From contig CP145425.1 of the NCBI GenBank assembly GCA_036867785.1, positions 124,001 through 188,000 on the forward strand: DNA of 64,000 bases. Reading direction: 5' to 3'. Numbering within the stretch: the stretch's first letter is position 1; every line of letters starts with the position of its first letter. The position numbers were made by a program, and so were the translations under genes. This DNA comes from Plasmodiophora brassicae. Taxonomy: Eukaryota. The notes beneath the pieces are model-generated. The model ran no database searches. It was not told where the DNA came from and saw only the letters and a program-made list of their open reading frames with translations. Shown here in pieces: positions 1 through 10,004 of the stretch.

Positions 1-565
1 GGATTATGCAGTTCTCAGGTGTGGCTGCCATTCTTTTCGTTGTTGCTACGTCCGAATACGACCAGACCTGCCTTGAGGTGCGCAAGGTATCGAGCTTCGT
101 TGAAACGCCCCTAACATCACTGCGTTATCAGGATAATGTCACAAACCGCCTGGACGAATCCTTGGGTGTCTTCGTGGACGTCTGCAGGAACGAAGCTGTG
201 AAGAACAGTGGCATGATCGGTATGGTCTGCACATAGGAGCCTGCGACCTGGCTGTGCTCTTTTACTAATGCGTGTCGTCAGTTTTCTTCAATAAGACCGA
301 CCTGTTCTTGAAGAAACTGCCGGTCGTTCCGTTTGGGAACTTCATCAAAGACTACACAGGGGACGGGTCACCGAAATCAGTGTCGCTGTACATTGTCGAC
401 CTGTTCACGCGGAAGGCGAACGACGCGTTCAAGGAGATCAGCGCGAACAAGCGAATCTACCCGCACTGGACAACGGCCATCGACAGAGGCAACGTCAAGA
501 AAGTGTTCGATTCGCTGAGGGACATAATATTGCGTTTACTGCTCAGTTCGGAGAACTTGCTGTAG
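1..565 (+). CDS. Heterotrimeric G-protein alpha subunit, 3' part (5' end lies outside the window)
   Basis: Spliced translation WIMQFSGVAAILFVVATSEYDQTCLE|DNVTNRLDESL...GMI|VFFNKTDLF...HWTTAIDRGNVKKVFDSLRDIIL contains the G4 (NKxD) and G5 (TTAID) motifs. GT-AG introns at 78-131 and 220-281. Confidence 0.95.
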
Positions 566-908
566 TCAACATACTGCATAAAACTCAACCCAGAAAGGTC
601 TTTGTCGCACAAATTCGTATGAGCGGTGTGACCTTCAGCATTAGGGCCTTCAGCCTCGCTTGGTAGGTCCTACATCGAAGCCCAGACGACGACCAACATC
701 GCGACGCATCACAACACGAAATCAAACCGAGGGAAAGACCGGCTACATAATCTGACATAGACCAGGTGAAAGAGGAACAACAGGCATCGGGCGGAGGACC
801 TGAAAAGCAAAGTCTCGGCGGCAGTGGCCGAGGCCAGCCAGATAAAAACAGCCCGCACGGTGTCCGCGACGGAGTCCGTAACGACAAAGTTGTCGGGAGC
901 GTCGACTG

Positions 909-1544
909 ATGGGTGCCCCTGTCGACACCGGTGCCGTACCACGTCGCCTACGGAAGCGCCCGAGGAAGGGCGTCGGACCGCAGAGCCGCGAAACTGTTGT
1001 GGACAGCCTTGTCAAGCAAGGTGGGGGGTCCGCAGGATAGTCTTTTGGTGTACCTTTACTTACTGTACGATAGTGCTTGCGGAGGGCACTTCCGTTTCTA
1101 CTGGCAATCTGCTGCATTCTTTCTTGAAACGGGTTCACAACTCAGCACCGATCGTCGATTCACAGCGTCAACCCGATGGTTCGTTTACGGCTACGGTATC
1201 GTCCAATTGTACGGTTGTCGGCCGAGGATCGTCAACAGTGCATCCGTCGGAAGCGAAACGTGCCGCTGTCCTCGATGCGTTGTCGAACCTTTGCCCTGAG
1301 GTTACCGATGCACTGTCTCGCGCGTCTACCCAAACGACGCCATGCAGTCAGCCGTCCGACATGGTAAGCGTCGATTTGAAGTTACTACGCGGTCGACGGT
1401 CACACTTGCTGATCATAGGCCTGGCTATTCGACGAGATTAAACGTGCGATCAAGGAAAAAAGGGCATCAGGCATGTTTCCGAGCGATGGCCGTGTGCACC
1501 ACTGGCCAAACGACGAAGATTCGCGATTGCCTGCACCGATATGA
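909..1544 (+). CDS. Small (about 175 aa) protein with a basic NLS-like stretch and one dsRNA-binding-domain-like fold
   Basis: Exons 909-1020, 1074-1363 and 1419-1544 join in frame through GT-AG introns of 53 and 55 nt. Contains RRLRKRPRK and NLLHSFLKR..PIVDS..GSFTATVS..VVGRGSS..SEAKRAAVLDALSNL, an alpha-beta-beta-beta-alpha dsRBD pattern. Confidence 0.6.
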
Positions 1545-1675
1545 TCGTCTTGACTTGTGCACAACGATAGACGAATTGCCAATTCTGGATGCGATGGGCC
1601 GCTCGGCACGACCTCAAAAGCATCATATCCCCTCCGAAGGGTACCGACGGACAGACGTCTACCGTAATAATACTA

Positions 1676-2290
1676 CCACCATGGGAACATGAAATTGCAT
1701 AACGGTGACGAAATTTTTGCATAGCGGGGACATAATTTTTGCATGACGGGGAACAAATTGAAGGATGGCGAGGAACAATTGAATGGATCGCAGGGAAGAA
1801 ATGCGTGGATGAGTGGCCCAAAATAAATGGATCGTCTCCGTGCAGGCGAGATGGGCGAAGGTGAGGCCTCTTCATCTTCCGTTGCAGAACAACGTCACCT
1901 GAACAATAGCGGAGACACAGCCGACAACGATACGTGTGGAAAACCGTATCGCTGACGTACGTACCGTACCTTAAGGTATTCTGACTTCATATTCCGCGGC
2001 GGCACCACAATCGTCGCAGCCGCGCGCTCGTAGGCGCGCCGGTCGTCCTGCCATGAACCCAGAGCGAGTTCCTCGCTTGGATCCCATTATCGCTTGTGAT
2101 CCTATAGAGTTGCCGCCACGCGCACGCACCTAACGCTCCAGCAATCGGTTACAGAGAGACAAAATAAATGGATAGCGATCCACATTTTTCGTCCTCGCCA
2201 TCCTTCAATTTGTTCCCAGTCATGCAAAAATTATGTCCCCGCTATGCAAAAATTTCGTCACCATTATGCAATTTCATGTTCCCATGGTGG
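1676..2290. mobile_element. MITE (non-autonomous DNA transposon), 615 bp, with 99-bp terminal inverted repeats and TA flanks
   Basis: 1676-1774 (CCACCATGGGAACATGAAATTGCAT...) is a near-perfect reverse complement of 2192-2290. TA lies at 1674-1675 and 2291-2292. There is no internal transposase. Confidence 0.85.
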
Positions 2291-3377
2291 TATGGCGCCC
2301 GCTCTAGTTCCTCTGATTGGGTGTCTTGGTAATGTTGGTTAGAGCCAGAGTACTGCTTGACAGTTGTGTGGCGCCGTACAAGTAGGTCGAGGTATTGTAT
2401 CACGTGACGACACGTCGTGTTGATCCAAGACGGAGTCCTTATCAGCTCGCGCTGCATCGCGGTCGTGACGCTGTTCCCCTGTCCCAGCGTCCCACTGCTT
2501 GCATTTCGAATTAGTGGACACGAGCGATCTCGAACGCAGCAGCCGCGCGCCTAAACGTTGTTGTTGTGATTGGCCTGTAGTTCCGGCTATAGGATGAGGT
2601 TGCATTTCACATTGGCGTAGGCGGGGGCCAAAGAGCGGGGTAGGGCGCGCCACGAAAGTAATCAGCAGCTGTATCTCCAGCCTACTACCATCCATTCATT
2701 AAAAAATTGACAGGAACAGCCAGGGCGTTGTTCACCCACATCGCGCGTCAGATCCGTAAAGACGACACCGGTGGGCTCGTATAGGAAGGTACGCACTGAT
2801 AGCCCTGCCAGGCCCAGCCGGCCCTCGACAGCAAGATAATCGGGCCATGTCGTGTTGTAGAATACTTTTCCACAAAAAGGAAGTCAGAGTCATCGCAATC
2901 TCCCAACCTGGACCCAACAGTCTGCCGGTTCGTTCGAGTCCATTGCGTGTGGTAGTGACGCCTAGCGGCTTCCACTTGAACCATGTGGTCGGCAGGACTC
3001 TGCGTGATTCGGAGATCGGCCACGTCCGGGATCTCGTCCCCGTAAATAGTAAACACCGAGCCTCGGCGCTCCGGGTCCCGCGTTACCTGTGACTTCCTCG
3101 CGTTGAATACGAACCGATGCTGCCGGGGGTACTCCTCGCAGTGGTCCAGCATCGATCCGCTGCGCGATGAGCAAGTCCGGGCACTCCGGGCCCGTGGGCT
3201 CCATTCCAGATCGTGGCTGTCCGTCGCTGGCGTTGTCGCCTCGTCGCGTGTAGATACACCACCCACAGGTAGCCACCTCGGGCTGGCGTCTCCACACAAG
3301 GCCAGATTACCCTGTTCCAACAGCAGAGGAGCAGGTCGCCCGGACCATTGTGACGTAAATGGTCTGGCCGACCTATG

Positions 3378-4207
3378 CTGTTGGAACGTGGTAATCTGGC
3401 CTTGTAGAACGCCGATCTGCTGTTGTCGCTGGGCGATCTGCTGTTGTTGCTGGGCGATCTGCTCTTGTTGGAGGCGCACAACCTGCCTAATTAAGCTCTT
3501 CGTTCTCTCGCCGCAGATCTGTGCAATGCGATGTGGACGTCAGTCCTGCTTTCAGCGGGGCACATCTGCACGGGGATAAGCAGCATGCCAAGCATGCACG
3601 CAGCCGAACCATTGTGTACGATAGAACCGATCAAGCAGTATCTAACATCACTCTTGCGGCTGTACGCTGTAACGGCGCTTGATCAACGCCCGTCAGATCG
3701 AGGCGAGATACGCTTTCCGGACGATGCGACATACTTTGCTGCTATGATTTCCATATAGCCGAGACTCGGCGACGTCGGGCATCGTCCACGCGCGCGCATG
3801 GGGCCCATGACACGACTGCTTACCGCGTGGCGACGTGGCAAGTATGTCGCATCGTCCGGAAAGCGAATTTCGCCTCGATCTGACGGGCGTTGAAGCGCCG
3901 CGGCGTACAGCTTATAGCCGCAAGAAGCAGACGGTACGTGATGTTAGATATTGCTCGATCGGTTCTATCGTACACAATGGTTCGGCTGCGTGCATGCTTG
4001 GCATGCTGCTTATCCCCGTGCAGATGTGCCCCGCTGAAAGCAGGACTGACGTCCACATCGCATTGCACAGATCTGCGGCGAGAGAACGAAGAGCTTAGGC
4101 AGGTTGTGCGCCTCCAACAAGAGCAGATATCCCAGCAACAACAGCAGATCGCCCAGCGACAACAGCAGATCGGCGTTCTACAAGGCCAGATTACCATGTT
4201 CCAACAG
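3378..4207. repeat. Inverted duplication (arms about 360 bp, spacer about 100 bp) carrying a Gln-rich coiled-coil exon
   Basis: 3378-3736 is the reverse complement of 3840-4207 with scattered substitutions and indels. Both arms encode (E)LRQVVRLQQEQI(A/S)QQQQQIAQRQQQIGVLQGQIT. Confidence 0.9.
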
Positions 4208-4361
4208 GAGCCCTCTGTCGGGCCCGGATTTACTCGACTGGAGACGCGTGGCCTTTATCCACGGCATGACGCGGCGCGGGCTACACGGTCAGGAACTGGC
4301 CGCGGGGACCGGGGGCGTCGTCACACTTGTATAGAACGCCGATCGGCGGACACCGCAGAGC

Positions 4362-6020
4362 GCGTGCGATTAAAATCCCTCATTCCACGGGCCGCGCCCC
4401 ACGGGGTTGCGCGCAAAACTTGCTGTGCGCGAGTGGGGGTTCCCCGAAGGGCGAGTTGGGAGAAGTCATGGCTCGTGTCTTGTGGTTTCCGATGTCGGAG
4501 GGAGGCGTCCAAGTGAAGAAGGCGCCCAAGCGTCAGGGTGCTCCGTCTGTGAACGCTTGTTTGCGAGTCGCAGTTCGCTTAACAAGCATGCCAAGACGCA
4601 TGCCGAGCATCGTGTCGTTTGCCCGTTCGATGGTTGCAGCAGAACGTATGCGACTTCGGCATTCTTGGCAATCACGTTTGCGACAAGCATCATTGGGTTA
4701 TGGGGTCGCTGAGCACTTCTGAATCGAATTTCCGATGCGATGTACCCCAGAAGGTCCTCGTTAATGGTCCATCTCCGACAGGTCTTATTCGCCTGGTCGT
4801 ATCTCCTCCGCGTTTCTGACATACTGGAAGATCCACTCACGTGAGGTATCCACCGTCGAGTACACGTTCCAGACGGTTGACGAATTTCCGCCACGTTGCC
4901 ACCATAGCATGCCAGGTTTATTTCAACAGCGCTATCTGGCACGGAACTCCGACCATATCATTGACTCCAGCACTGCCTCGTCGATGATGTGATCCGGTGG
5001 TATAAGCGGCATTTCCAATGGACATCCACCAAAGTGGGTTTCATTGACTGCGAGGCCGACAGCCTCGCACCTGTCGCATCGGATCTCACCGCCCCGAGCA
5101 CGGTTGTATTCTCTTTGACGACGGACGAGCTCGGCAACGTAGCTGTTGTACTTGCGAGACAATTCTGTATCATTGCACATCGGTATAGGTACCGGCGGCA
5201 GAAGACGAACGCCAGTATTCGCTGCATAAGAACCAACCGTATCAGTTGGGTACCGAAAAGGCAAATAATGGACAACTGACGATCGAAGTTGATGTGTCGC
5301 CACTCATACTGGTCATTGCGCACCTCGTCATTTGCTGCTGGTGACGCTTCGCCACTTTCTGATCCGACAGCCATGATCAGCGACAGACACATTGTAGGCT
5401 CCAAGCAGTCTCCGTTATACCTCGGAGTTGAACGAGACTAGCATCTGTGTTCAGACAAAATGTCAACGAAGGATATCTAAACAGAATGGTTACGGAGACA
5501 GACCTTCACTTGGCTGCAACATCTTCGACAGAATGGACGCAGTCTTCTCATCGGTCGGGCCCGACAATCCACGATGCCGTTTCCTGTTAGTGTCTGCTTT
5601 CCTCTTTGCAGGAAAACGTATTTGCCGTTCAAAACCTGCACGAGAACCAACACGCTCCTTGTCAACACCGTTGAAGCACGGGGCGGCACGAAGACGATTG
5701 ATGATTCTTGTCGCGGACGTGGTTGCCAAGAGATGCCGAAGTCGCATAAGTCCTGCCGCAACCATTGAACGGGCAGACGACATGATGCTCGGCATGCGTC
5801 TTGGCATGCTTGTTAAGCGAGCTGCGACTCGAAAACAGGCGTTCACAGACGGAGCGCTGTAACCCTGACGCTTGGACGCCTCCCTCCGACATCGGAAATC
5901 ACAAGACACGAGCCTCGACTTCTCCCAACTCGCCCTTCGGGGAACCCCCACTCGCGCACAGCAAGTTTTGCGCGCAACCCCGTGGGGCGCGGCCCGTGGA
6001 ATGAGGGATTTTAATCGCAC
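4362..6020. repeat. Inverted duplication (arms about 300 bp) carrying a tandem C2H2 zinc-finger fragment
   Basis: About 4362-4680 matches the reverse complement of about 5720-6020. Arms encode (C/R)SVCERLF(A/S)SRSSLNKHAKTHAEH.VVCPF(D/N)GC.RTYATSA. Confidence 0.88.
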
Positions 6021-7620
6021 GCCCGCAGAGCAGTGCGCGGCCGCCCACTTGTCGCGCGCCGACGCGCTCAATTAGGTATGCCATCCGCCTCGTGCCCCAC
6101 TCTGACGTCGCGCAGCGGATGCTGGACTCCTGCGAGGAGTACGCCCGCCAGCATCGGTTCGTATTCAACGCGAGGAAGCCACAGGTAACGCGGGACCCGG
6201 TGCGCCGAGGCGCGGTGTTTACTATTAACGGGGACGAGATCCCGGACGTGGCCGACCTGGCGTCTCCGATCAAGTTCCTGGGCATGGTGATGCGCGGCGG
6301 TGATTGCGCCCACGGCGCCCTGGCGACCACTGACTTGCCCTGGCCCGCAAGCGACTTCTCATCTCCAGTTGGGTGCGCGCCTGCGCCGAGTATGGCCTGG
6401 CCTTCTGGGATCATTCGAAAGCGTCGCTCGCAGTATCACGCGCGGCAACGAGCTGATGCTGCGTGCAGCCGGCATCCCGACTTCATCAACGAGTCCATGC
6501 CCGCGAGCGACGCTTTCGTATGATCCGAGAAGGCGAGGCCATACTCGGCGCGGTCGCGAACCCAGCAGAATATGAGCAGTCGCTTGCGGGCCAGGGACAA
6601 GTGTTTGGTCGCCAGGGCGCCGGTCCGTCCAATCGCAGGCAGCAGCGGCTTGGCCTTCCCCGTCCCGTCCGCGAGCTGGGCGCCATGGGCGCAATCACCG
6701 CCGCGCATCACCATGCCCAGGAACTTGGTCGGAGACGCCAGGGTGGCCTCGTCCGGGATCTCGTCCCCATTAACAGTGAACGTCGCGCCGCGGCGCACCG
6801 GGTCCCTCGTCACCTGCGACTTCCTCGCGTTGAATACGAACCGGTGCTGCCGGGCGTACTCCTCGCAGTGGTCCAGCATCGATCCGCTGCGCGATGTCGT
6901 CCGACAACGCGTACAACGAGCGTGCAACGTGGCCGAAGACGCGGTTGCAGGTCATCGATGTGGATGTTGAACAGGAACGGAGACAGCACGGCGACCTGGA
7001 AGGCGCCGATCGCGCTCGACAGCTGCCCGTCCAGCATCACCTGGAACGTGCACCCGTCGAATAGCCACTGGACGACAGTGACAATGTGAGCGGGGACGTT
7101 GCGCGCCAGCAACTTCTCGTAGACGAGCGCACGCTTGCTCGAGGATCTCGGTTCCGTACTGCCTTCGGATGCCAGCGTCGGCCGCCCCGGCAGGCGCTCG
7201 CGTTCTACCCTCGGGCAGCTTGCGCGCCGATCCCCAGCAACACCGGGGGCGGCAGGGGCGCCGTCGAGCCATTCACGTTCCGTGCCGCGATGCTGAACGC
7301 GACATGGACGCGTTCGACAAGACGGAGACGGCCGCGTTGTCCTGCTGTTGAGGCTCGTGCCGGCCGCGTTCATACTGTTGCTGATCTCGTCCGTCGCGCC
7401 CGACCCCGACCCGCACATTGCCGTCGATCTGGACCGCCGGCCACCGCCTCGCGAAGGCACGCGCCTGCTGCCGCCGACGACACCAGCCGCCTCCCGGGGC
7501 TGCCAACCCTCGCTGGCACCCGCCGTGATCCCGCTGTCGCAAGCGTCGCTTCGGCTAGCTCGTTTCTTTAAACGAAACCCCTAACGCGGGGCTGATGCGG
7601 CAAAGCGGAATATTCATCAT

Positions 7621-8748
7621 TTACTGCTGGTTCGAGCTTTTGAGCCATTTCCCATACAGCTTTCCGATCCGTTTGCTGACGTAGGACTGCACCTTATCTG
7701 CAGGGGCATGCGGGTGATCCAGTAGCACCTCGTCGGCAACGCAGCGGATATACTCCAGCAGCCCAGCGCGACCCTTCGCGAAATACGCGTCCGGGCTATC
7801 GAGTTTCGTCGCTGCACTGGCCATGGCATTGTCGAATTCGTTCGCCCTTGCGAACTTCGCCTTTCGGATTCGCCTGCTGTACGTCACCGTTTCCGGCGCT
7901 CCGTTATGCATGACGTCGTGGAGGGTGGTCAGGAACAGGCTGACATCCGCCGGGTACCTGTCCAGCATCGCGACTGTCGTCTGCAGGGCGAGGATCGCCG
8001 AGGGCGCTGCTGGTTCATGGCCCATTTTCCATTTCAGGATCCGCGCCTGCCCAGAATGTCTGCCGGGCCATAGCAGCGATACGACCAACCCTTCACCGTC
8101 GCCGGACATCATCCAGTCGCGTCGATGTGCGACAAGGTCGATCAGGGTCCCTTCGAATGCAATACGCGCGTGCGGCACGTTGCAAGCGGATAGCACCTCG
8201 ACGAACGCCGGGCACGATATCACGACGATCACGTCCGCCCTGCCCGGAGCGTCCTGGAACCAGAACCGTGCCTCACGAAGAGCGTCTTTCCACTGCTGAT
8301 GATCGTCGGCGTTCGCAAGTCGCAGCACGGCTCCGAAGCAATGCCAGGCATTGACGAACCCTTTATCTTTGTACGAATACATCTGATTGCACCCGAGTTC
8401 GCCGTACAGTCGGAAATCGATGGGGTCGGGAACGCCGACGTCCCCGACGGCGTCCCTTAAGTGCGCCAAGACATCGGAGGAGTTGATTGCGGAGACGATG
8501 TTAAGGGGGACTTTCTGATACGTTTCCCGATGCGGTTCAATGCGGAAGCGTCGCCCAAACAGAGCGCCGTCCTGGCCAATGCCGAAATTCGTCCCGTCGA
8601 TCTTCTCAGCGGCAATGACGACCGCGTCCGTCAGCAGATTCTGGGCGGCAGTGGCGCCGCCAAGCGCGAACGCGACGTCGAGCTGCTGGCAGACCTCGGC
8701 GACGAAGTGCTCGGTCTCGGGCCAGGCCAAATCGTTCTTGCTGCTCAT
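7621..8748 (-). CDS. ATP-dependent RNA ligase, Rnl2/Rnl5-like nucleotidyltransferase; intronless, about 375 aa from ATG 8748
   Basis: Ordered ligase motifs: I EKIDGTN, Ia FGRR, III LYGEL, IIIa WHCFG, IV GEGLVV, V ILKWK, followed by a helical C-terminal domain. Confidence 0.8.
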   Translation of the reverse strand: MSSKNDLAWPETEHFVAEVCQQLDVAFALGGATAAQNLLTDAVVIAAEKIDGTNFGIGQDGALFGRRFRIEPHRETYQKVPLNIVSAINSSDVLAHLRDAVGDVGVPDPIDFRLYGELGCNQMYSYKDKGFVNAWHCFGAVLRLANADDHQQWKDALREARFWFQDAPGRADVIVVISCPAFVEVLSACNVPHARIAFEGTLIDLVAHRRDWMMSGDGEGLVVSLLWPGRHSGQARILKWKMGHEPAAPSAILALQTTVAMLDRYPADVSLFLTTLHDVMHNGAPETVTYSRRIRKAKFARANEFDNAMASAATKLDSPDAYFAKGRAGLLEYIRCVADEVLLDHPHAPADKVQSYVSKRIGKLYGKWLKSSNQQ

Positions 8749-9012
8749 GGTGAGCGGCGAAAGTATACAGCGTCTCCGGGCGTCCTCGGTCAAGCGTAAC
8801 GGCACGTACGGCGATCTAGTGGTGGTATCAGTTGGAGCGATTACAGATCCCCTAGGGAAGTGGCCACGTCGGGGAAGTTCTGCGGAAGCTGGACCCGCCG
8901 CCTTGGTGACGTCACGTGTATCCAGGGTCCGGAAAGTGCCGGTGTTTTCGTGGCCGTGGTCGCCGTCCGAAGACCAGGTTCAAGTGAAGGACGCCTCGAC
9001 GGCGGCGTGAAA

Positions 9013-9336
9013 CTAGATAAGCAGCACGAAATAAAGCATTGAATGATGTTCTGTAGTAATGACCGTATGGTCCATAGCAATGGCAGCGTGGCCTCCTGTG
9101 TTTCGAAGACATATATATCGATCCTTAGACCAGGGACTGTAGCGTCTGCGACGCAGCCCTCGTAGCCGTTCCAACGGAGTCAGCAGCAGGACTGATCCGG
9201 GAACATAGAAAACTTCCGCCTTCGGCAGCGTAATGGTTGACGGGTTGTCAGCAGGATTGTTATGCCACGGATTCTGAACGCCTCCCGTTGCAACTCCTAA
9301 CGATAGTGCCATCACCGCTGTCGATATTGTCAGCAT
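9013..9336 (-). CDS. Putative small secreted protein (107 aa) of unknown function
   Basis: ATG start with a signal-peptide-like N-terminus MLTISTAVMALSLGVATG. No recognisable domain. Confidence 0.3.
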   Translation of the reverse strand: MLTISTAVMALSLGVATGGVQNPWHNNPADNPSTITLPKAEVFYVPGSVLLLTPLERLRGLRRRRYSPWSKDRYICLRNTGGHAAIAMDHTVITTEHHSMLYFVLLI

Positions 9337-10004
9337 TCTTGGCGTTGAACAGCAGACTATGCCGTGGCTGCGTGGTGCACCAGGTACGGCAGGTGGTCGG
9401 GGAAGATCGAAATTCTAACCACACTCGGCAAAGCCGCGAGAACAATCTCCGACAGAGGCGGCTTACCTTGCCGATGTATATATGGGCAACGCCGAGGACA
9501 GTTGGGTCACCGACTCACCGTGGACGACTGGCTTGCCGTATACAGCAAATATTGCATGAGTCCCTCCTGAGGCTCCTGCGCACCAAACACAGCGTGAACA
9601 GCGTAAACGCCTGAAAACATACCAATCAGCATCGACGAAAGGCGCCGACAATATGGTCAGAAAGCAGGTGCACTTCTCGGGTACGACGCCGATCGAACAA
9701 GGCCTGGCAATGCGCCGACCGGATGTCAGCGGCACGCCTGGAAGAAATGACGTAGAGAATTCGACGGCGGAAACTGCCGCAGCAGGGTATATACTTCTGA
9801 CATTGGGTCCATGCGGTAGACGCCTCCAACATCAGACAGCTATCTGAAAAACGGAGGCCCAGCGGTCGATGCATTGTTCCCCTTCAAATCGCGTGGCGTC
9901 ACGGTACTCGCAGACCCAATCGGTGACGTCGTTTGATCAAAATTGGAATTTATTGCAGGTTGGGTCGAAGGGAAGAAGAAATGCGCAGCGAATGGCGAAT
10001 ACGC

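Larger units (their letters stand above)
2950..7560. mobile_element. Fragmented, rearranged non-LTR (LINE) retrotransposon relics on both strands
   Basis: Minus-strand RT remnants LVYEKLL..WLFDGCTFQVMLDGQLS..VLSPFLFNIHIDDL, LYALSDD, MLDHCEEYARQHRFVFNARKSQ and VRDRAEYG (about 6436-7130). The same EEY..QHRFVFNARK block recurs at about 3030-3150 (-) and 6120-6280 (+). An APE-like GTGGVVTLV occurs near 4300-4330. Frames are broken. Confidence 0.8.

Noticed and set aside
9370-9560. Chromodomain-like YMGNAEDSWV fragment
   Set aside because: Too short, and the rest of the motif is absent.
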